DNA of 64,000 nucleotides from an uncultured Polyangiales bacterium (GTDB lineage: Bacteria; Myxococcota_A; Polyangia; Polyangiales; JADJMO01): positions 13,348 through 77,347 of the forward strand of contig CAZUZY010000002.1 in NCBI GenBank assembly GCA_964624885.1. Direction: 5' to 3'. Within the stretch, counting starts at the first letter, position 1. Each line of letters opens with the position of its first letter. Under the pieces are notes generated by a model, which saw only the letters and a program-made list of their open reading frames with translations, did not search any database and was not told the origin of the DNA. Below are positions 32,696 to 40,236 of this stretch, one piece after another. A program made the position numbers and the translations under genes.

Positions 32696-32866
32696 TCGGA
32701 CCGAGCCGCGAGGCTCACGAGCGAGGCGCCGAGAGATCGGCGCCTCGCCGCTTTTTGTCTCGCGGGGAGAAATGCTCCGTTGCGTGACGAATGTCACGTG
32801 AAGGAGCCTGCCCGAAGGTACTGGCCCGGGGTCGGCCTGCAGTGTCGCCCGGAAGGAGGAGCGGTC

Positions 32867-35800
32867 ATGCGTCCTCGTCTCACAGTCGCAGTCGCGTTCG
32901 TCGTCCTCGTCGGATGTGGGGGTGGTTCGGGTGGAGAAGGGGAGCCGGACGTCGACGTCCTGGACGCGGACGACGCGGAGGCCGCGACGGACACGGCTTC
33001 GACCGAGGGGGCGCCCGACACCGTGGTGCCTGGGGACTCGGCCGCCGACGCCACCACGGACGCCACCGAGGACGCGGTCGAGACCAGCGACGCCAGCGAC
33101 GCGACGGTCGACGTGGGCTTCCCGACGATCTGCACGACCTGCCACGGCGACCCGGCGACCGCGAACCCGGCGCCTCCCAAGGCCGTCTCGGGCGCGACCG
33201 ACACGACCTCGCCCAAGGTGGGCGCACATGCCAAGCACCTCGCCACGAGCGCCTGGCGCCACGAGGTGGCCTGCAACGACTGCCACGAGGTCCCCACGAG
33301 TCCGACCCACAGCAACGGCAAGACCGACTTCAAGTGGAGCAGCCTGGCGGGTGGGGCGAGCTACGACACCACGTTCACCTGCCGCGGGGCGTACTGCCAC
33401 GGCGCGACGCTCCTGCCTCCCCCGGCGGGCACCAGCGTTGCGCGGGTGCCCATGTGGAACGTCGTCGACGGCACCTACTCCAAGTGTGGAGAGAGCTGCC
33501 ACACCAACCCTCCCGGGGGTGGACACATCACCTCGACGAGCTGCTCCACCTGCCACGGCGACGTCATCGCCTCGTACGACGCGACCACCAAGACGGCCGT
33601 CTGGAAGGACGCTTCCCGCCACATCAACGGCACCGTCGATCTGGTCGGTGGCAAGACCTGCACGACGTGCCACGGCGACCCGGTCGCCAAGAGCCCGGCG
33701 CCCCCCAAGGGCACCAAGGGGGAGACCGCGACCACCGACCACGCGGTCGGCGCGCACCAGAACCACCTGCGCCCGAGCACGTGGCGGCGCGACGTCCAGT
33801 GCAACGACTGCCACGCGTTGCCGTTCCTCACCGAGCACTCCGACGGCAAGACCGACTTCGTGTGGAGCAGCGTCGCGACGAGTGGCGGTGCGACCCCACT
33901 CTACGACACCACCTCGTACACGTGCACGAGCGTGTACTGCCACGGCACGACGCTGAAGGGCGCCGTCACCGGCGGCACGATCAACCGCGAGCCGATCTTC
34001 AACCAGGTGGATGGCACGTTCAACGCCTGTGGCTCCAGCTGCCACACCAACCCTCCCGGTGACACCCACCCCAACAACACCGCGTGCCCCTCGTGTCACG
34101 GCGCGGTGATCGCGACCTACGACCCGGTGACGAAGGCGGCCACCTGGAAGGACCGCACGCTGCACGTCGACGGCATCGTCGAGCGCTCGACGCTCACCTG
34201 CACCACGTGCCACGGCAACCCGGTGACGGGCGATCCGGCGCCCCCGCTCTCCACCAAGGGGGAGACCGCCACGACGGCGCAAGCGGTCGGCGCGCACCAG
34301 GCCCACCTCGCGACGAGCACCTGGCGCAAGGACATGGTCTGCAGCGACTGCCACGTGGTGCCGACCTCCACGTCGCACTTCGATGGCAAGACCGACCTCG
34401 CGTGGGGCGCGCTCGCCACCACGCGCGGCAGCAAGCCCGCCTACGACGCCGCGAGCGCCAAGTGCTCGACGGTCTACTGCCACGGCGACGGCCTCCTCGG
34501 CGCCGCCTCGGGCGGCACCGTCGCCCGCAGTCCGATCTGGAACGTGGTCGACGGCACGTGGAAGGCGTGCGGCACCACCTGCCACACCAACCCTCCCGGA
34601 GGCACGCACCCCGCAGACACCGGCTGTCCCACCTGCCACGGCACGGTCATCGCGAGCTACGACGCGTCGACGAAGACGGCGACGTGGAAGAACCGCACGC
34701 TGCATGTCAACGGCGTGGTCGAGAAGTCTGCGTTGCTCTGCACCTCGTGCCACGGCGACCCCGCGGTCAACGAGGCGCCACCCAGGGGGACCAAGGGCGA
34801 GACCCTGAGCTCGCAGAAGGCGGTCGGCGCGCACCAGAAGCACCTGTCGACCTCGGCCTGGCACCGCGACGTCGTGTGCGCGGACTGCCACGAGAAGCCC
34901 GTCTCGCCCACGCACTCGAACGGCGTCACGGACTTCGCGTGGAGCACTCTGAGCTCGGCCGCCGGCGCGAAGCCGGCCTACGACGGCGCGACCGCGACCT
35001 GCTCGAGCGTGTACTGCCACGGCAGCACGCTGCTGCCCGCGACCAGCGGCGGAACGACCAAGCGTTCGCCGGTGTGGACGACGGTGGACGGCTCCTTCGA
35101 GGCCTGCGGCGCGAGCTGCCACACCAACCCGCCCGGCGGGACACACCCGACCTCCACGGCGTGCAACACCTGCCACGGCGCGGTCGTCACGAGCTACGAT
35201 CCGGTGACCAAGGCCACGGTCTGGAAGGACCGCACGCTCCACATCAACGGCGTCGTCGACCGCGTGGACCTGAACTGCACCTCGTGTCACGGCAACCCGC
35301 TGACCAGCGACGCGGCGCCGCCCAAGGGCACCAAGGGCGAGACCCTGAGCTCGCAGAAGGCCGTCGGCGCCCACCAGAACCACCTGCTCACGAGCACGTG
35401 GCGCAAGGACCTCGCCTGCAACGACTGCCACGCGGTGCCCATCTCGCCGACCCACACCAACTCGGTGACGGACTTCTCGTGGGGTGCGCTGAGCACGACG
35501 GGCGGCGCCACGCCGAGCTACGACTCGGCCACCGTGACCTGCTCTGGCGTCTACTGCCACGGCTCCACGCTGGCGGGGGCGATCGTCGGCGGCACGGTCA
35601 AGAAGGCGCCGCTCTGGACGACCGTCGACGGCAGCTATGTCGCCTGCGGTGCGAGCTGCCACACCAACCCGCCCGGCGGCACGCACAGCACGAGCACCGA
35701 CTGCGCGATGTGCCACGGCACGGTCATCGCGGGGTACGACGCGACGACCAAGAAGGCCACGTGGGCGGACCGCACGCTGCACGTGAACGGCAAGAAGGAG

Positions 35801-36682
35801 TCGAGCAAGTACCACGACCTCGGTGGCTGGACCTCGCCCGGCGGAGGCGCCAACCACCACGGGAGCCACTACTTCCTCACCAACCAGCAGAAGGACGAGC
35901 ACGGCCGCCTCTGCACCGACTGTCACGGTACGGACTACGCGGGTGGCACGGTGGGTGTCTCCTGCAACAACGCGAGCTGCCACAAGGGTGCCGACTGGCG
36001 CGGATGCTCCTTCTGCCACGGCACGCCGCCGAGTCAGTGGAGCCCACCGGTCGGCGTCGCGAAGGAGACCGCGACCAACACGCTCGCGGTCGGGCGCCAC
36101 ACGGCGCACCTGACGAGCAGCACGACGCACGTCGCCTTCGCCTGCGCGACCTGTCACACGGTGCCCGCGACGGGCGACGTGTCGCACGCCCTCGGCTACG
36201 TGTCGAGCCCGACCCTCGAGACCACCGGTCACCACGGTGACGTCACCTTCACCGCGGGCGGCGTGGGCATGACGTTCGCGGCGACCGCCTCGACCGGCAC
36301 CCCCGTCACCGCGCGCGGCACCTGTCTCGGCGGTTGTCACTCGAACGGTCGCGGTGGTCCTCCGGCGGTGACGCCGTACTGGGCCGGCGGAGCGTGGACG
36401 GTGGGTAGCTGCACCGCCTGCCACTCGAACTCGATGAGCAGCCTCGGCGCCCGGCACCCGAAGCACTCGGGCGAGGGCCTCACGTGCACGTCGTGTCACC
36501 CGGCAGCGAGTGGGAGCACGCACCTCGACGGCACGAAGGAGGTGTCCGGGACGATCACCGGGCCGTCGGGGGGCTCGGTCACGACGAAGGCGCCCGGTGC
36601 TGCGGGCAATCCGTGCGGTGCGGCGTGGTCGTGCAGCGGGACCTGCCACGGCAAGTCGCACACGAACTTCTGCTGGAAGTGA
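32867..36682 (+). CDS. Giant multiheme c-type cytochrome lipoprotein (CxxxxCH...CxxCH repeat family), 33 heme-attachment motifs
   Basis: ATG 32867 lies in the frame of track ORF 32780..36682 and is preceded by GGAAGGAGGA. Lipobox VLVGC. I counted 20 CxxCH, 6 Cx4CH and 7 Cx3CH motifs. Five tandem modules of 176-180 aa are followed by a degenerate sixth. Confidence 0.85.
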   Translation: MRPRLTVAVAFVVLVGCGGGSGGEGEPDVDVLDADDAEAATDTASTEGAPDTVVPGDSAADATTDATEDAVETSDASDATVDVGFPTICTTCHGDPATANPAPPKAVSGATDTTSPKVGAHAKHLATSAWRHEVACNDCHEVPTSPTHSNGKTDFKWSSLAGGASYDTTFTCRGAYCHGATLLPPPAGTSVARVPMWNVVDGTYSKCGESCHTNPPGGGHITSTSCSTCHGDVIASYDATTKTAVWKDASRHINGTVDLVGGKTCTTCHGDPVAKSPAPPKGTKGETATTDHAVGAHQNHLRPSTWRRDVQCNDCHALPFLTEHSDGKTDFVWSSVATSGGATPLYDTTSYTCTSVYCHGTTLKGAVTGGTINREPIFNQVDGTFNACGSSCHTNPPGDTHPNNTACPSCHGAVIATYDPVTKAATWKDRTLHVDGIVERSTLTCTTCHGNPVTGDPAPPLSTKGETATTAQAVGAHQAHLATSTWRKDMVCSDCHVVPTSTSHFDGKTDLAWGALATTRGSKPAYDAASAKCSTVYCHGDGLLGAASGGTVARSPIWNVVDGTWKACGTTCHTNPPGGTHPADTGCPTCHGTVIASYDASTKTATWKNRTLHVNGVVEKSALLCTSCHGDPAVNEAPPRGTKGETLSSQKAVGAHQKHLSTSAWHRDVVCADCHEKPVSPTHSNGVTDFAWSTLSSAAGAKPAYDGATATCSSVYCHGSTLLPATSGGTTKRSPVWTTVDGSFEACGASCHTNPPGGTHPTSTACNTCHGAVVTSYDPVTKATVWKDRTLHINGVVDRVDLNCTSCHGNPLTSDAAPPKGTKGETLSSQKAVGAHQNHLLTSTWRKDLACNDCHAVPISPTHTNSVTDFSWGALSTTGGATPSYDSATVTCSGVYCHGSTLAGAIVGGTVKKAPLWTTVDGSYVACGASCHTNPPGGTHSTSTDCAMCHGTVIAGYDATTKKATWADRTLHVNGKKESSKYHDLGGWTSPGGGANHHGSHYFLTNQQKDEHGRLCTDCHGTDYAGGTVGVSCNNASCHKGADWRGCSFCHGTPPSQWSPPVGVAKETATNTLAVGRHTAHLTSSTTHVAFACATCHTVPATGDVSHALGYVSSPTLETTGHHGDVTFTAGGVGMTFAATASTGTPVTARGTCLGGCHSNGRGGPPAVTPYWAGGAWTVGSCTACHSNSMSSLGARHPKHSGEGLTCTSCHPAASGSTHLDGTKEVSGTITGPSGGSVTTKAPGAAGNPCGAAWSCSGTCHGKSHTNFCWK
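33131..35810 (+). repeat. Five in-frame tandem coding repeats of ~530-540 bp inside the giant cytochrome gene
   Basis: The first Cys codon of each module's CT(T/S)CHG lies at 33131, 33659, 34199, 34739 and 35276, giving periods of 528, 540, 540 and 537 nt. Units 4 and 5 share exact runs such as accaagggcgagaccctgagctcgcagaaggc and gcgagctgccacaccaacccgcccggcgg. Confidence 0.9.
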
Positions 36683-36780
36683 GCGTCGGCCCGGACCGAC
36701 AGGCGGTCTCGCTGGATTCGTCCAGTGAGGCAGCCTGCTCCGGTGGGGCATTCGGTACCGTGCGTGAAGGGAGATCTTTC

Positions 36781-37143
36781 ATGCACCATCGACTCTGGTC
36801 GTGGACTCTGGTTCTGGGCGCGATTGGCTGCTCTTCGGGCGGCAGCACGGATCCTGGCGTCGGGCCGACGGGGCTTGTGGTCGGCGCGACCTGCACCAAG
36901 GACGCGCAGTGCACGTACAAGTGCGACAACAACACCTGCACCAAGGCGTGCAAGAACGACCTCGATTGTCCAGGCGGCACGGTCTGCATCACGTCCGACT
37001 CGGGCAAGTGCGCGATCGTCTGCGTCGACAACACCTCGTGCGCCGGCGTGGGCGGGAGCACGGCGGGGAGTGCGGCCTATGTCTGCCGCGCCGAGACCAA
37101 GCTCGACGGCACCGGCAAGGCCAACGTGTGCAGGGAGCCGTAG
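36781..37143 (+). CDS. Small Cys-rich lipoprotein (120 aa)
   Basis: ATG 36781 lies in the frame of track ORF 36484..37143 and is preceded by GAAGGGAG. Lipobox LGAIGC. The mature part has 12 further Cys (CTKDAQCTYKCDNNTCTKACKNDLDCPGGTVC...) and no CxxCH. Confidence 0.75.
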   Translation: MHHRLWSWTLVLGAIGCSSGGSTDPGVGPTGLVVGATCTKDAQCTYKCDNNTCTKACKNDLDCPGGTVCITSDSGKCAIVCVDNTSCAGVGGSTAGSAAYVCRAETKLDGTGKANVCREP

Positions 37144-37170
37144 CAGCGTCTGGTTGCACCCGAGCGGGCG

Positions 37171-40100
37171 CTAGCGCACCCGCGGCTTGGTGAACCGGTC
37201 CATCGCGAGGTAGATGACCGGCGTCGTGAACAGGGTGAGGAGCTGCGAGAGCAGGAGCCCGCCGACGATGGTGATGCCGAGCGGGGTGCGGAGCTCCGAG
37301 CCCGCGCCGCCGCCGATGGCCAGCGGCAGGCCGCCGAGGAGGGCGGCCATCGTGGTCATGAGGATCGGTCGGAAGCGCAGCACGGCCGCCTTGTAGATCG
37401 CGTCGACCGGCGGCACGCCCTCGTCGCGCTCGAGCTCGATGGCGAAGTCGATCATCATGATGGCGTTCTTCTTCACGATGCCGATGAGCAAGAGGATGCC
37501 GACCAGCGCGATGATGCTGAACTCGGTCTTGAAGAGCAGCAACGCGAGCAGCGCGCCCACGCCGGCCGAGGGCAGGGTGGACAGGATGGTGATGGGGTGG
37601 ATGGTGCTCTCGTAGAGCACGCCGAGCACGATGTAGACGGTGATCAACGCCGCCAGGATCAGGAACGGCTGCGACGAGAGCGAGCTCTGGAACGCCTGGG
37701 CGGTGCCCGAGAACGAGCCCTGCACGGTCGCCGGCGCGCCGATGGCGAGGCGCGCCTTCTCGATGGCCGCGACGGCGTCGCTCATCGCCTTGCCGGGCGC
37801 GAGGTTGAACGAGATGGTCGTCGAGGGGAACTGGCCTTGGTGGTTGACCGAGAGGGCGGTCGCGCTCTCCTTCACCTTGGTCACCGCCGACAGCGGCACA
37901 GGCCCGCCCGCCGAGCCGACGAAGATCTTGCCGAGCGCGTCGGGCGTCGTCGAGAGCTCCGGCTTGATCTCGAGGACCACGCGGTACGGATTGGCCTGGG
38001 TGTAGGTGGTCGCGATCTGCCGCTGCCCGAACGCGTCCGAGAGCGTCGCGTCGATCGCGACGGGCGTGATCCCGAGCTTGCTCGCGCTGTCGCGGTCGAT
38101 CCCGAGCTCGAGCTGTCGACCCGCGGTCTGCTGGTCGGTGTTGACGTCCTTGAGCTCGGGGAGCTTGCGGAGGGCGTCGACCAGCTTCGGACCCCACACG
38201 AGCAGCTCCTCGAGGTTCGCGTCCTGGAGCGTGTACTGGTACTGCGTGCGGGCGAGGCGGCCGCCGATGCGGACGTCCTGCATCGACTGCAGGAACAGCG
38301 TGATCCCGTCGGCCTTGGCGAGCTGGGGGCGCAGCCGGGCGATGATGGCGTCGGCGGTCACCTTGCGGCCGGTGCGGGGCTTGAGCGCGATGAACGTGGT
38401 GCCGGTGTTGCCCGCCGAGCCGCCGGGGCCACCGCCCATGAACGACACCGAGTGGAGCACCTCCGGGTCGGTCTTCACGATCTCGTTGAGCTTGGTCTGC
38501 CGCGCCAGCATCGCGGGGAAGCTGATGTCCTGCGGGGCCTCCGAGAAGCCCATCAGCATGCCGGTGTCCTGCTGGGGGAACAGGCCCTTCGGGACGATGA
38601 CGTAGAGATAGATGGTGAGCGAGAGCGTGAGGACGGTGAGCAGACCCACGACGGGGCGATGGCGCAGCACCCAGCGCAGCGCGCCGGAGTAGGCGCCGAG
38701 CAGGCCGTCGAAGAACGCCTCCGAGGCGCGAGCGAGCAGGCCAGGCCGCTCCGTGCTGCGCGTGCGGAGCAGCTGGGCGCACATCATCGGCGTCAAGGTG
38801 AGCGACACCACGGCCGAGATGGCGATGGCGATGCTGAGCACCACCGCGAACTCCCGGAAGAGTCGTCCGACGATGCCCCCCATCAGCAGGATGGGGATGA
38901 ACACCGCGAGCAGGGACACCGTGATCGAGACGATGGTGAAGCCGATCTGCTTCGCGCCGCGCAAAGCGGCTTCGACCGGCGCGACCCCCTCCTCGAGGAA
39001 TCGGGTCACGTTCTCGGTCACCACGATGGCATCGTCGACCACGAAGCCGGTCGCGATGGTGAGGGCCATCAGCGACAGGTTGTCGAGGCTGTAGTCGAGC
39101 AGGTACATCACGCCGAACGTGCCGAGCAGCGAGATCGGCACCGCGACGCTCGGGATGATGGTGGCCCGCGCGCTCCGCAGGAACACGAACACCACCGCGA
39201 TCACGAGGCCGATGGAGATGAGCAGGGTCTTCTCGACGTCCTCGACCGAGGCGCGGATGGTCTCGGTGCGATCGACGGCCACCTCGAGCTTGATCGCCGG
39301 GGAGATCGAGGTGGAGAGCTTGGGGATCAGCGATTTGACCCGCTCGGTCGTCTCGATGATGTTGGCGCCGGGTTGCCGGCGGACGATGCACAGCACGGCG
39401 CGGCGGCCGTCGGCCCAGGCGGCGACCCGGTTGTTCTCCACGTCGTCGACGACCTGGGCGACGTCGCGCAGGCCCAGGGCCGCGCCGGCGTTGTGGCGCA
39501 GCACGAGCCCCTCGAAGGCCCGGGCGCCGAACAGCTGGTCGTTGGCGCCGATGGTCTGGGTGAGCAGCGCGCTCGAGAGCGAGCCCTTGGGCACGTCGAC
39601 GGTGGCGCCCGCGATGACGGTCCGCACGTCCTCGAGGGAGAGCCCGGTGCCGGCCAGCTTCAGGGGGTCGACCTGCACGCGCACGGCGGGCTGCTGGCCG
39701 CCACCGACGAACACCTGCCCGACGCCGTCGACCTGCGAGATCTTCTGGGCCAGCACCGTGTTGGCCTCCTCGAACACCCGCGACAGCGGGAGCGCGTCCG
39801 AGGTGAGGGCCAGGATCAGGATCGGCGTGTCCGCGGGGTTCACCTTGCGGTAGTTCGGCCGCGTCGGCATGTTGGTCGGGAGCTCGCCGCCCGCGGCGCC
39901 GATCGCGGCTTGCACGTCGCGCGCCGCCGAGTCCGCGTCGCGGTCGAGGTCGAACTGCATCGTGATCTGCACCGAGCCGATCGCCGACGTGCTGGTGATC
40001 TCGGTGATCCCGGCGATGCGCCCGAACCGGCGCTCGAGCGGGGTGGCGACGGCCGCCGCCATCGTCTCGGGCGAGGCCCCGGGGAGCGCCGCGTTCACCG

Positions 40101-40236
40101 AGATGGTGGGGAAGTCCACCCGCGGGAGCGGTGAGACCGGCAGGAGCTTGTAGGCGGCGAGCCCCGCCAGCAGGATCGCGAGCGCGAGCAGCGTCGTCGC
40201 GATGGGCCGACGGATGAACGGCTCGCTGACGTTCAC
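37171..40236 (-). CDS. mdtC: Multidrug efflux RND transporter permease, MdtC-like
   Basis: GTG 40236 lies in the frame of track ORF 37171..43410 and overlaps the TGA of the upstream gene. The N-terminus VNVSEPFIRRPIATTLLALAILLAGLAAYKLLPVSPLPRVDFPTISV...GASPETMAAAVATPLERRFGRIAG aligns closely, by eye, with E. coli MdtC. Confidence 0.9.
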   Translation of the reverse strand: MNVSEPFIRRPIATTLLALAILLAGLAAYKLLPVSPLPRVDFPTISVNAALPGASPETMAAAVATPLERRFGRIAGITEITSTSAIGSVQITMQFDLDRDADSAARDVQAAIGAAGGELPTNMPTRPNYRKVNPADTPILILALTSDALPLSRVFEEANTVLAQKISQVDGVGQVFVGGGQQPAVRVQVDPLKLAGTGLSLEDVRTVIAGATVDVPKGSLSSALLTQTIGANDQLFGARAFEGLVLRHNAGAALGLRDVAQVVDDVENNRVAAWADGRRAVLCIVRRQPGANIIETTERVKSLIPKLSTSISPAIKLEVAVDRTETIRASVEDVEKTLLISIGLVIAVVFVFLRSARATIIPSVAVPISLLGTFGVMYLLDYSLDNLSLMALTIATGFVVDDAIVVTENVTRFLEEGVAPVEAALRGAKQIGFTIVSITVSLLAVFIPILLMGGIVGRLFREFAVVLSIAIAISAVVSLTLTPMMCAQLLRTRSTERPGLLARASEAFFDGLLGAYSGALRWVLRHRPVVGLLTVLTLSLTIYLYVIVPKGLFPQQDTGMLMGFSEAPQDISFPAMLARQTKLNEIVKTDPEVLHSVSFMGGGPGGSAGNTGTTFIALKPRTGRKVTADAIIARLRPQLAKADGITLFLQSMQDVRIGGRLARTQYQYTLQDANLEELLVWGPKLVDALRKLPELKDVNTDQQTAGRQLELGIDRDSASKLGITPVAIDATLSDAFGQRQIATTYTQANPYRVVLEIKPELSTTPDALGKIFVGSAGGPVPLSAVTKVKESATALSVNHQGQFPSTTISFNLAPGKAMSDAVAAIEKARLAIGAPATVQGSFSGTAQAFQSSLSSQPFLILAALITVYIVLGVLYESTIHPITILSTLPSAGVGALLALLLFKTEFSIIALVGILLLIGIVKKNAIMMIDFAIELERDEGVPPVDAIYKAAVLRFRPILMTTMAALLGGLPLAIGGGAGSELRTPLGITIVGGLLLSQLLTLFTTPVIYLAMDRFTKPRVR

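Noticed and set aside
29228-36751. A 2507-codon uninterrupted minus-strand ORF antisense to both cytochrome genes
   Set aside because: It is an Arg/Ala/Gly/Val-rich translation with no motifs. The sense strand has clear signals, RBSs, heme motifs and saturated GC3, and GC3 bias removes stop codons from the antisense frame. This is a typical high-GC shadow ORF.
37156-37183. A GC-rich imperfect hairpin (GCGGGCGC-tagc-GCACCCGC, with an alternative pairing to GCACCCG at 37156) between the convergent Cys-rich lipoprotein and mdtC genes, considered as a bidirectional terminator
   Set aside because: It has one mismatch in 8 bp, no U-tract on either strand, and overlaps the mdtC stop codon. GC-rich short palindromes are expected by chance in this composition.
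37597-40134. An 845-aa plus-strand ORF antisense to the MdtC-like gene, and similar ORFs at 40494..41903 and 42396..43577
   Set aside because: Shadow ORFs with Asp/Glu/Arg/Gly-rich nonsense sequence and no family motifs.
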